DNA of 64,000 bases, from the NCBI RefSeq assembly GCF_018607965.1, contig NZ_JABBAM010000065.1, positions 16,922 to 80,921 on the forward strand. Reading direction: 5' to 3'. The position numbers were made by a program, and so were the translations under genes. Below are positions 1 through 9,496 of the stretch, in pieces. The DNA is from Planktotalea sp. (GTDB lineage Bacteria; Pseudomonadota; Alphaproteobacteria; Rhodobacterales; Rhodobacteraceae). The notes below the pieces were generated by a model that was not told where the DNA came from, ran no database searches, and saw only the letters and a program-made list of their open reading frames with translations. Numbering within the stretch: the first letter of the stretch is position 1; the number at the start of each line of letters is the position of its first letter.

Positions 1-486
1 TTACCTTACCACTGCGCATATTCGTTGCACCGATATAAATCTCAGGCCCTTCGGGTGCACAGACATCACCATAGTCGAAACCATCCATAATTTTTTTTGC
101 AGCGGGTGGTTATAAAACGGCCCCCAGCTATAGGGCGACGTCATACGATTGAACGCGTCCGCCATCATATATTGCGGGGACATTTCCAACATCTGGCTCA
201 TAATCGAGGGCGAAAACAGTTCTTGGCCGAACCATTGATCCATACCATTGCCAGAACTACGACCCACCTCTTCCCAAAGCTTCGTCAAGGCTTCGCGCGC
301 GCCCTCGGCTCCGCCTGACAAAAATCCGGACTTCAGAGCAGCCGCATTCAAAGCCCCCGCAGAGGTGCCAGAGATCGCAGCTATCTCGATGTCAGGTTCT
401 TGCAGAATCCGATCCAGCGCGCCCCATGTGAACGCCCCATGCGCCCCGCCACCTTGCAGGGCGAGGTTGATACGCAGCTTTTTCAT
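1..486 (-). pseudogene. Patatin-like phospholipase, 5' part; frameshifted in an A8 tract and running off the window edge
   Basis: NLALQGGGAHG glycine loop and GTSAG nucleophile elbow are present. After the T8 run at 91-98 (+ strand) the patatin-like sequence (IMDGFDYGDVCAPEGPEIYIGATNMRSGKV) continues in another frame to base 1. Confidence 0.8.
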
Positions 487-492
487 TACAAT

Positions 493-2034
493 TTATCTCG
501 CTTTAAACAGACCACCAAGGATGCCGCGCACAATGCGCCGCCCTGTGGTCCCTTTGAGTTCTTTCAACACAACCTGCGCCATCGCGCTGCCAAAGCTCTC
601 ACTTTTGACACGTCCGCGCGAAGTGGAGCGTTTCACACGCGTCCCAGAATAACGGCGCGCGGATTTATGTTCGCGCTCCATCATTTCCATTTCTTCTTCT
701 TTTTCCTCAGCCTCAGCAGCCGCTTTTTCCGCCGTATCAGCACGCCCGCGCAAAATTTCATAGGCAGATTGGCGATCAATCTTGTTTTCGTATTTGCCCG
801 CGATATGCGACCTCGCAATTACCCGCGCACGCTCGGATGGCGTGATCGGCCCCAGTTGCTAACTTGGCGGACGGATCAAAGTCCTCTCAACAATCCCCGG
901 AACGCCCTTCTTTTGCAGCATGGATGTCACCGCTTCGCCCACGCCGACTTCGCGAATGGCATCGCCTGTGTCAAACAAAGGATTGTCGCGGTAGGTTTCT
1001 GCGGCCTCCTTTAACTGACGGCGGTCCCGCGCCGTGAACGCGCGCAATGCATGCTGGATACGGTTTCCAAGCTGGCCCAGAATATCCTCTGGAACATCTG
1101 ACGGGCGCTGCGTTACGAAATAGATGCCCACACCTTTTGAACGGATCAAACGCGCGACTTGCTCGACTTAATCCACAAGGGCTTTGGGGGATCCATCAAA
1201 TAACAAATGCGCTTCATCAAAGAAGAACACCAACTTGGGTTTATCGGGATCGCCGACCTCTGGCAGTTCTTCAAACAACTCTGAGAGCAACCACAATAAG
1301 AACGTCGCATACAAACGCGGGGCGCCCATCAGTTTGTTAGAGGCTAGAATGTTGATGCGTCCACAACCATCCGCAGCGGTACTGATAATATCGCTGAGCG
1401 CCAAAGCAGGTTCACCGAACAGCTCTGCACCACCTTGGTTTTCAAGCACAAGCAAGCGACGCTGGATCGCTCCGATGGAGCCAACAGACACATTCCCATA
1501 GCGCAACGTTAGTTCGTCTTTATGTTCACCAACTCAGACCAAAAGCGCCTGAAGGTCCTTAAGATCCAGCAACGGCATGCCTTGTTCGTCCGCAATACGG
1601 AACGCGATGTTGACGACACCCTCCTGTGGCTCGCTCAACTCAAGCAGGCGCGACACCAAAAGCGGACCCATTTCAGCAACTGTCGTGCGCACAGGATGGC
1701 CTTGCTTGCCGAACAAATCCCAGAACGTAACGGGAAAGCTGTTGTAGGCATAATCGTCAAAGCCGATAGTTTTAGCACGTGATGTGAACGCCTCGTGCAA
1801 TTTAAACGTTTCAGTTCCTGACAGAGCAAGACCAGACAAATCGCCCTTCACGTCCGTCAAAAAGATCGGAACACCTGCGTTCGAAAAGTTCTCAGCCAAA
1901 ACCTGAAGCGTTACAGTTTTTCCAGTGCCCGTTGCGCCCGCAATCAATCCATGGCGGTTCGCATATTTCAGGCTCATCCACTGCTTTTCGCCATACTCTG
2001 GGCCACCGCCGCCGACTAAAATATGATGATCTAT
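493..2034 (-). pseudogene. DUF853 / HerA-like P-loop ATPase (YjgR family) with start loss and three in-frame stops
   Basis: ORFs 1534-1977, 1168-1506, 859-1149 and 493-753 are in one frame, separated by single stops (TGA 1536-1534, TAA 1170-1168, TAG 861-859). Walker A GATGTGKT and FFDEAH motifs are present. The frame extends upstream to ATA (2034-2032) behind a GGGAG RBS. Confidence 0.9.
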
Positions 2035-2137
2035 TGCCTGCTCCCGGACTTTGATAAAATTCTATGCTTAGCGCGCCACCATAACGCGCCACGCAGAAAG
2101 GATAAGTTAACCTATTCATGCCAGAGTACAATCGTTC

Positions 2138-2214
2138 GCAGCCTACTGTCCTTGTGCTGCGGATTGACTTCCTCCCTGTCAGACTGACCGCGTCCTTGCG
2201 ACGCGGTCTTTTTT
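2138..2214 (+). ncRNA. Candidate alpha-r8 / SuhB (MmgR-like) small RNA
   Basis: Three consecutive hairpins: CGCAGC..GCTGCG; TGAC-TTCCTCCCT-GTCA; terminator stem GACCGCGTC/GACGCGGTC plus T6. A TACAAT -10-like element sits at 2127-2132. Confidence 0.65.
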
Positions 2215-2583
2215 CGACACAGCATTTTTACCATCTCAGATAGCCAAATTTCAAAACCACACCCCTTAAGTTGAGCCACGCGACACTGATTGCGACATTC
2301 TGCCTTTTTGGCTGTTGACGCAGAATCAGCACTGTCGTATTTTAATTCTAATAAGTCGGCCGGTCCGACAGGGAAAATACGGAAAAGGAAGGCCCGCAGA
2401 GGTCTTCCTTTTTTCGTAATTACCCAGACTTACTTTAAGTTCAAAACGATACCCCTCTTGCCAATCGTTTTTGATTAAGCAAGATAAGCGTAACTTCGCC
2501 TGCAAAGGCTGCACGTGCGCCTGACACCTCTTCAAGCACATGGTAAGCACTGGGAAATTAAAAACTAAGACAGGACTCTTTTC

Positions 2584-3192
2584 ATGACTACTCGTTTGTC
2601 CACGCTCGCAACAATCGCATATTTTGCTCTCGTTAGCGCAGCCTTTGCTCAAGAAACTGCCACGCAAACAGAAACTGCAGATGCGGAACCTGCTGCAGAT
2701 CAACTTAGTCTTGGCGAAGACACGTCCTCGCCAGAAGTTGGTCAGACGTACGTGCGTGAAACAGAGCAAGACTGGGAAATCCAGTGCGTTCGCACAGAAG
2801 ATTCCCAGAACGAAGCTTGTCAGATGTATCAACTCCTACAAGATCAAGAGGGAAACTCTGTCGCAGAAGTTATGCTTTTCCGTCTGCCCCCCGGTGGCCA
2901 AGCGGTGGCTGGTGCGACAGTTATTGTTCCGCTCGAGACAGCCCTGCAAGCGCAGCTTCGTATCGCAGTTGATGGCGCGCAGAGCAAGCGCTACCCATAC
3001 TCCCTTTGTAACCAAATCGGGTGTTTCGCGCGTATTGGCCTGACAGCGAGTGATTTGAACGGGTTCAAACGTGGTGCAAAAGCAGTTGTTACGATCGTTC
3101 CTTTCATCGCGGCTGATCAAAAAATAAATTTGGAAATGTCTTTGAATGGGTTCACCGCCAGCTTCGAAAAGACGACAGCTCCAACAAACTAA
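2584..3192 (+). CDS. ialB: Invasion-associated locus B (IalB) family protein
   Basis: Signal peptide; DWEIQC...CQMYQ, VPLETAL and CNQIGCFA motifs. Confidence 0.85.
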   Translation: MTTRLSTLATIAYFALVSAAFAQETATQTETADAEPAADQLSLGEDTSSPEVGQTYVRETEQDWEIQCVRTEDSQNEACQMYQLLQDQEGNSVAEVMLFRLPPGGQAVAGATVIVPLETALQAQLRIAVDGAQSKRYPYSLCNQIGCFARIGLTASDLNGFKRGAKAVVTIVPFIAADQKINLEMSLNGFTASFEKTTAPTN

Positions 3193-3211
3193 ATCTACCA
3201 ACCCGAATTGT

Positions 3212-3239
3212 AAAAACGCGTCTTTGGGCGCGTTTTTTT
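3212..3239. terminator. Bidirectional intrinsic terminator
   Basis: AAAAACGCG-N8-CGCGTTTTTTT between convergent ialB and the ketoacyl synthase gene. Confidence 0.8.
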
Positions 3240-3252
3240 ATGCGCGCGCGGT

Positions 3253-4461
3253 TTAAATTTTACGAAGCGCTAGAACCGCATTCAGACCACCAAACGCAAA
3301 CGCATTGCTGAGAACCACATCTACATTAGTCTCGCGCGCAACATTTGGCACGACGTCCAGCGCGCATTCAGGATCCGCTTCTTCATAGCCAATTGTCGGT
3401 GCAATCACACCGTCACGTAACGCCATGATGCAGGCCAGTAGTTCGACAGCACCCGTGCCGCCAATTAAATGACCATGCATCGATTTAGTGGAACTGATCA
3501 TCAGGGCATCCGCGTGTGGACCAAATACATCAGCTACAGCCGCACATTCGGTTTTGTCATTCGCCACCGTGCCTGTGCCATGTGCGTTGATGTAACCGAC
3601 CTCGCTGCGATCAATTTTTGCATCAGTAAGAGCACCAGAAATCGCACGTGCAGCCCCTTGTTTGGAGGGCATCACGATATCAGCGGCATCTGAGGACATG
3701 GCAAAGCCAGCGACTTCACATAGAATATCTGCGCCACGCGCTTTGGCGTGCTCCATCTCTTCAAATACGAAAACGCTCGCGCCTTCGCCCTGAACCATGC
3801 CATTGCGATTTGCACTAAAAGGTCGACACGCGTCTTTTGACATGACGCGCAATCCTTCCCATGCCTTAACGCCACCAAAGCACAACATGCTCTCGGATCC
3901 GCCCGTGACCATGACTTCGGCCATGCCCGTTCGGATCATAGTAAAGGCTTGTGACATCGCATGGTTTGAAGATGCGCAGGCTGTTGAAACGGTAAAACTT
4001 GGACCTTTTAGGTTATGCTGCATCGACACATGGCTACAGGCCGCGTTGTTCATGAGCTTTGGAACAACAAAGGGATGCACGCGGTTCTTACCGTCCTCAT
4101 AGACGGAACGATAATTGTCATCCCACGTACTGACACCACCACCAGCGGTCCCGAGAACCACACCGGAGCGCGCAGACAACTCACCTGTGAACTCTAACCC
4201 CGATTGTTTGACCGCCTCGTCCGCGGCACAAAGAGTGAACTGGGTAAAGCGATCATACAGCGTCATTTGCTGGCGGTTAAAGAGCCCTTCGGCCTCAAAG
4301 CCTTTAACTAGACCGCCAATTTGAATGGATAACCTCTCAACGTCGCGAAACTCTAACGGGCCAATTCCACACTTGCCTTCGCGCATGGCTTCCATGGTCG
4401 CAGCAACAGATTGACCAAGCGCGTTGATCGTCCCTGCCCCTGTGATGACAACGCGTCTCAC
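3253..4461 (-). CDS. fabF: Beta-ketoacyl-ACP synthase II family protein
   Basis: Cys-His-His triad in TACASS, NAHGTGT and KSMHGH; C-terminal SNAFAFGGLN. Confidence 0.9.
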   Translation of the reverse strand: MRRVVITGAGTINALGQSVAATMEAMREGKCGIGPLEFRDVERLSIQIGGLVKGFEAEGLFNRQQMTLYDRFTQFTLCAADEAVKQSGLEFTGELSARSGVVLGTAGGGVSTWDDNYRSVYEDGKNRVHPFVVPKLMNNAACSHVSMQHNLKGPSFTVSTACASSNHAMSQAFTMIRTGMAEVMVTGGSESMLCFGGVKAWEGLRVMSKDACRPFSANRNGMVQGEGASVFVFEEMEHAKARGADILCEVAGFAMSSDAADIVMPSKQGAARAISGALTDAKIDRSEVGYINAHGTGTVANDKTECAAVADVFGPHADALMISSTKSMHGHLIGGTGAVELLACIMALRDGVIAPTIGYEEADPECALDVVPNVARETNVDVVLSNAFAFGGLNAVLALRKI

Positions 4462-4715
4462 AGTTTCGCAGCGACCAAAGCTTCGATGCCAGAAACGATG
4501 GTATCGACGCTAGAAATGTCAAAGTCGCTTTTTTCTGGTTCGTTGGCATTGAACGGGATCGTCACATCAAACTCTTCTTCAATCGCAAAGATGCTTTCAA
4601 CCAACCCAAGACTGTCGATGCCAAGGCTTTCCAAGGTGCTGTCACCGCTGACGTCAGACACGTCCAACATCGCTTGTTCAGCAATAATTTCAAAGATTTT
4701 GTCGCGAATGCTCAT
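4458..4715 (-). CDS. Acyl carrier protein (secondary ACP)
   Basis: 85 aa, acidic, LGIDSL phosphopantetheine site; overlaps the fabF start. Confidence 0.9.
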   Translation of the reverse strand: MSIRDKIFEIIAEQAMLDVSDVSGDSTLESLGIDSLGLVESIFAIEEEFDVTIPFNANEPEKSDFDISSVDTIVSGIEALVAAKL

Positions 4716-4751
4716 GGCCGATCCTTTTGTGCCAAATGCCTATGCGTTGAT

Positions 4752-5843
4752 TTAGTCGTTGCTGGTGTCCTTGGGAACACCTTTTTTCATGGCTGCGACA
4801 TCAGTGAATAAGCGCGGCAAGCGACGCAAAAGTTTGTGCAACTCGATCTGCTTGTCCATTTTCGCTGCCGGATAGCCCAACATGACACGTCCTGCTGGGA
4901 CGTTAGATAGCACTTTGGTTGCGCCGCCTGTGATTACATTGTCGCCAATGAACACATTGTCACTAACCCCTGTTTGACCCCCCAGAACTACGTTGTTGCC
5001 AACACGCGTAGATCCCGCGATACCCACCTGCGCGCAAATCATGCAGTCATTCCCGATGACGACGTTGTGACCAATTTGGGCAAGGTTATCGATCTTGCAC
5101 CCATTGCCGATGATCGTGTCGCGTACGTTGCCGCGATCCACACAAGAATTCGCGCCCATCTCGACATCGTCACCGATTTGAACCGAGCCAAGCGAATGAA
5201 TGCGGGTCCAGCTTTGCGCTTTGGTTTCGCCTTGGTCGCCCAAGCTATCACGCACGCGTTCAACCGCGCCCTCTTCTGGCGTCACAAAGGAAAAGCCATC
5301 GCCCCCAACCGCAACACCAGGTTGTGCGATGTAGTGCGCGCCGATGCGTACACGTGGTCCGATCTTGACGCCTTCGCGCAGCGTCGCGTTTTCACCAATT
5401 TGCACATCACGCCCAATGAAAACCTGCGCACCAATGCGGCTATCTGCGCCAATACGTGCGCCCGCCTCGATCACGCTTAGTGGGCCAACGCTGACCCCGT
5501 CCCCCAACGTGGCTGTCGGATCAATAACAGCGGATGGATGAACACCAACAGACGCAATAATGTCAGGGTCCATCATCGCGCTCAGACCCGCCATAGCAAA
5601 GCGTGGACGCGGCGTTAGAATAGCAGCTTTCAATCCAAAATTTTCCCAGTCGGCCCCCTCCCATAGCATCGCGGCTTGGGCACCACCTTCGGGTAAAGCG
5701 GCTGCAAAACTTGGCTTCATCGCAATCGCGAGCTGATCTGCAGACGCCATCGCAGGTTCTGCGACAGAGCTGATCGACAGGGTCGTGTCACCAACAGCGC
5801 GCGCGCCCAGTGCCTTTGCAATTTGCTCAATTGTATACGTCAT
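4752..5843 (-). CDS. lpxD: UDP-3-O-(3-hydroxyacyl)glucosamine N-acyltransferase
   Basis: Hexapeptide repeats; GGDGFSF and [12 protein letters not shown] motifs; likely start MTYTIEQIA at 5843. Confidence 0.92.
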   Translation of the reverse strand: MTYTIEQIAKALGARAVGDTTLSISSVAEPAMASADQLAIAMKPSFAAALPEGGAQAAMLWEGADWENFGLKAAILTPRPRFAMAGLSAMMDPDIIASVGVHPSAVIDPTATLGDGVSVGPLSVIEAGARIGADSRIGAQVFIGRDVQIGENATLREGVKIGPRVRIGAHYIAQPGVAVGGDGFSFVTPEEGAVERVRDSLGDQGETKAQSWTRIHSLGSVQIGDDVEMGANSCVDRGNVRDTIIGNGCKIDNLAQIGHNVVIGNDCMICAQVGIAGSTRVGNNVVLGGQTGVSDNVFIGDNVITGGATKVLSNVPAGRVMLGYPAAKMDKQIELHKLLRRLPRLFTDVAAMKKGVPKDTSND

Positions 5844-5931
5844 ATCTGCCCTCGGCAAAATCTTTGGCGTGTTGTATTTGATTACGCCCAACTAGGCAAA
5901 TCAGCCCGGTCGTTGACGCGCTCCAATACAG

Positions 5932-5956
5932 AAAAAGCCGAGGTTTCCCCCGGCTT
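5932..5956 (-). terminator. Intrinsic terminator after the L,D-transpeptidase gene
   Basis: Minus-strand stem AAGCCGGGG/CCTCGGCTT followed by a T-run. Confidence 0.6.
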
Positions 5957-5981
5957 CCCCTCTAAATAACTGTTTTAAAAC

Positions 5982-7598
5982 TTAGCCACCAATTGCGCGC
6001 AATTGAACGCCCGCTTTTACCAACGCCGAGAAAATCTTGGCATCACGGCCATAGATATCGCGACGGAAATTCGTGCGCCCATCAGCGGTTACGAAGGCTG
6101 TACGATACACGATATGCACAGGCACGGGCGCTTTTAGATTAACGCGGCTTTCAGCACCTGTTGCCAGTTTGGCTTTGAAAAAGCCCTGCGGATCATTGGT
6201 CTGCTTTGCAAGCAGCGCGTAGGCAAAATCGAACGGCTGGTGTAAGCGAATGCAGCCATGTGAATAGGCGCGGGATTCGCGGCTAAAGAGGTTTTTGGCT
6301 GGTGTGTCATGAAGGTAGATGTTGTGACGGTTCGGAAAAATGAACTTCACAAGACCCAAGGCATTTCCACGGCTCGGAGGTTGCTTCAGGCTGTATGGGA
6401 ACGTCTTGGCCGTATACGCCCCAAAGTTCGCTGCTGAACGCGAAACCTTGCGACCACGGCTGTCGATCACTTCCAAATGACTAACCGCATTCGGGTTGCG
6501 CTGCATCAACGGCAAATACTCTTTCGTCGTTATCGACCGCGGTACAAACCAAGATGGGTTTATAATCATGTATTCCATGACATCAGAAAATTCAGGACTG
6601 CGGCGATCAGAGACGTTCTTGCCAATGACAGAGCGCGTTTTGAACGTTTCTTTGCTATTGTCGATGATTGCAGCTGTAAAATCCGTCAGGTTCACCCAAA
6701 TATGGCGATCCCCACGTGGACGGTTCATCCAGCGTTCCCGCTCCATCGCGACCATAACGGCCTGTAGATGGGACTCAATCGGACGGTTGATTTCAGCCAT
6801 TGTTCCTGGACCGGCGACGCCGTCAGGGTTCAAGCCGCGTGTCAGCTGGAATTGCTGCATAGCGGATTGCATTGCGGCATCATAGGTTTGCGAAGACGAG
6901 CGCTTGAGAAAACTCATCGCTTGCAAACGATTGCGCATAATTACGACTGAATTACCCGACTGACCCGGCTTCAAAGACTTTGAAGGGACCTTTTGACCCC
7001 AACCGCCCTGACCCAGTTGACGCTCCATCATAAGCTTGGTTTTCATCAAACGTGCATATTCTGGTGCGGTCGGCGCAAGCGCTTTAAAGAAACGCTTTGG
7101 CGAAGATTTGGTGAAATTTGTTAGATAAGAAACGCGATCACGGTAGGGCACTTGGCGCACGATTTCGCTGTCCACTTTCGCAGGAACCAAGGCACCGGTC
7201 TGAAGATCACGGGCATATTGCAAGAAGATGCGGCTCATCTCAACTTCTACAGCACCGCGTGCGCGCGAATTGTTGGCCTGCTTCAAGAGCGCCTTCAATT
7301 GCTTTGGGTTATAGCGGCTGACCGGAAGTCCATGATCGGCTGCATTCGTAACAGCGTTCAAAAGCGCGTCCCGACGCTGGCGGTCTTTAGCACCGCGACC
7401 CGTCCAGATGGATTTGTATTTATTGGCCTGATAAAATGCAGCAATGCCCTTATCTTTGGCTGCGGCTTCTGCAACGGCCTGTTTAAAGGCTGTGACCTGC
7501 GCTGTTGCGGGCGAAGCGCCCAGATTAAAGATGGAAAGCGCGAGCATTACAAAAAGTGCTCTAAAAGAAAAAACTGTCTGACTGCGAAGCGTTTGCAT
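5982..7598 (-). CDS. Murein L,D-transpeptidase (YcbB/YkuD family) with peptidoglycan-binding domain
   Basis: IYLHDTP and SHGCIR catalytic motifs; FQLTRGLNPDGVAGPGT PG-binding motif. Confidence 0.9.
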   Translation of the reverse strand: MQTLRSQTVFSFRALFVMLALSIFNLGASPATAQVTAFKQAVAEAAAKDKGIAAFYQANKYKSIWTGRGAKDRQRRDALLNAVTNAADHGLPVSRYNPKQLKALLKQANNSRARGAVEVEMSRIFLQYARDLQTGALVPAKVDSEIVRQVPYRDRVSYLTNFTKSSPKRFFKALAPTAPEYARLMKTKLMMERQLGQGGWGQKVPSKSLKPGQSGNSVVIMRNRLQAMSFLKRSSSQTYDAAMQSAMQQFQLTRGLNPDGVAGPGTMAEINRPIESHLQAVMVAMERERWMNRPRGDRHIWVNLTDFTAAIIDNSKETFKTRSVIGKNVSDRRSPEFSDVMEYMIINPSWFVPRSITTKEYLPLMQRNPNAVSHLEVIDSRGRKVSRSAANFGAYTAKTFPYSLKQPPSRGNALGLVKFIFPNRHNIYLHDTPAKNLFSRESRAYSHGCIRLHQPFDFAYALLAKQTNDPQGFFKAKLATGAESRVNLKAPVPVHIVYRTAFVTADGRTNFRRDIYGRDAKIFSALVKAGVQLRAIGG

Positions 7599-7956
7599 CG
7601 TTGTCCCCCGAAAATACTAAATGTGGCGCGCTGGCAGAACGCTTTGTCATGATGTGGTTAGTCTTCTATCGCCCCCTCGCGTGTCCACTCACATTTACGA
7701 ATGTTCGCTACAAAAGACACCGTGTGGTGCAGGTCTGCACCGAATACGTGCGTCAGCTAGCGCCAATTGCCCTAGCTTAATGATATATTTATCTATTTAA
7801 GCAAAAAAATGCCGAAATTGGTTGTCAAACAGGCCTCAGAAAAATCAAGGCTTGGTTGGCGATTCGATATGTGTAATAGAAATCGCATTGCGGGGAAGAA
7901 TAGGCAGAGCGTCTGTAACATCAGATGCGAACAGGTAAGAACGGGACGAACTTACT

Positions 7957-8526
7957 ATGGCAAACGATACTAGTACCGGCGTAACACGTCGTGGCCTGCT
8001 TCGTGCATTTGCAGCCACAGCAGTTGTAGCAGCTCCATCCTACGCAAACGCCGCAGGTTTTCTGCGCGGTGGCGGAGATATTCGCCGTATCAAGATGTAC
8101 TCAGGCCGGACGGGCGAGCGCATCGACATGATTTATTGGATCGAAGGTAAATACATCAAAGAAGCGGTTCAGGAAGTGCACCACTTCATGCGCGACTGGC
8201 GCACAAACGATGTCAAGTTTATCGATCTACGCACCATCGACGTGATGGCAGCGGCACATAATCTGCTGGATTCAAACGAACCTTACATGTTGCTGTCTGG
8301 CTATCGCAGCCCGAAAACGAACAACATGTTGCGCTCGCGCTCAAAAGGCGTTGCAAAGAATTCCTTGCACATGAAGGGACAGGCAGCTGATTTGCGCCTC
8401 TCGTCCCGCTCCGTGAGCCAGGTTTCACGTGCTGCGTCTGCTTGCAAAGGCGGCGGTGTAGGTCGCTACTCTGGATCAAACTTTGTGCACATGGATTGCG
8501 GACCTGTGCGCGTTTGGGGTCGCTAG
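7957..8526 (+). CDS. YcbK / DUF882 family Tat-exported peptidase M15
   Basis: Twin-arginine TRRGLL signal; SGYRSP, SLHMKGQAAD and FVHMDCG motifs. Confidence 0.9.
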   Translation: MANDTSTGVTRRGLLRAFAATAVVAAPSYANAAGFLRGGGDIRRIKMYSGRTGERIDMIYWIEGKYIKEAVQEVHHFMRDWRTNDVKFIDLRTIDVMAAAHNLLDSNEPYMLLSGYRSPKTNNMLRSRSKGVAKNSLHMKGQAADLRLSSRSVSQVSRAASACKGGGVGRYSGSNFVHMDCGPVRVWGR

Positions 8527-8553
8527 CCCCCCCTTCCTAAATTCCATTTTTCG

Positions 8554-8582
8554 AAAGCCCGGATTTTTATCTGGGCTTTTTT
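8554..8582. terminator. Intrinsic terminator between convergent genes
   Basis: AAAGCCCGGA-N6-TCTGGGCTTT plus T-run. Confidence 0.7.
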
Positions 8583-8596
8583 GTGCGATCAGATGT

Positions 8597-9337
8597 TTAA
8601 CCAACGGCTTCTGGCGTGACCACGTAAGTGTGGATCGAAAACAATATCGCATCCGATTTTGGCAATCGAATAAGGCTTTGGCGCTCGGCGCGTTGATATT
8701 TCACGACACCTTGAACGGGATCATGACTGAAATCCTTCTCGGAGCGAGGTTGAAATAACTCAGGCCCCGCATGACCATAATTGAACCGCCACAGCGGACG
8801 TCCAACTTTCACACCATCACATAGGCGCTGCACACGGCGTGCGATGTCAGCGTTATATTCATCGACTGGTGCATGAATGCGCCCCATGGGGTGACCAAGC
8901 TTTTCACTTAAGGTCCAAAGCGATGGAAAACAAAGGATCGCGGCACTTAAGATATGTTCGTCCTTGCAGTTTGGCTTTTGCAAAATACACATATCTTCTT
9001 GAACAAGCGCGCCCATGACGATCAAAGGATCGTCTGTCAGCGAGACAACGCGCCCGTCGGGGCACCACATTTCTGTGGGCTCATGCGAAAACCCGTCCTT
9101 TTTCCGCGCATATTCAACAACGAGGTCTTTCGCTTCATGGCACGCCTCTTCTGCACACTCCATCTGCGCACAGACCGCGCCGCGACGCGTTTCCATCAAT
9201 CGCAATCGCTCATTCATTTGGGCCGCATAAACATCGTCCACATGTAACCAGTCAGCCATTTTCAAAGGCTGCACACCCGGCAAAGCTCGTTCAACGCGCA
9301 TGTCTTCGGGTAGTACGGACTGGCAAATCAGTTTCAT
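8597..9337 (-). CDS. DUF3445 (heme-dependent oxidative N-demethylase alpha-like) protein
   Basis: LVQEDMCIL, LCFPSLWTLSEKLG, IHAPV and ERQSLIRLP motifs; start at 9337 inferred. Confidence 0.8.
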   Translation of the reverse strand: MKLICQSVLPEDMRVERALPGVQPLKMADWLHVDDVYAAQMNERLRLMETRRGAVCAQMECAEEACHEAKDLVVEYARKKDGFSHEPTEMWCPDGRVVSLTDDPLIVMGALVQEDMCILQKPNCKDEHILSAAILCFPSLWTLSEKLGHPMGRIHAPVDEYNADIARRVQRLCDGVKVGRPLWRFNYGHAGPELFQPRSEKDFSHDPVQGVVKYQRAERQSLIRLPKSDAILFSIHTYVVTPEAVG

Positions 9338-9496
9338 AAGAACAGACCTAGCAAAGCCTGTGCATAACGTCACGCATCCTTGAAGATGGTCGGGAAAACT
9401 GGGGGAATGCTTGAAAAACGACAATAAAAAACGTCGCAACTATGTATGACCCGACTAAAAACCGCTCCCATTCTCATATAAAAGGGAGGCAGTCAC

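Noticed and set aside
7776-7802. AT-rich inverted repeat GCTTAA..TTAAGC and a TTAA-N7-TTTA CtrA-like site between the L,D-transpeptidase and YcbK genes
   Set aside because: An imperfect match in AT-rich promoter DNA, expected by chance; no second line of evidence.
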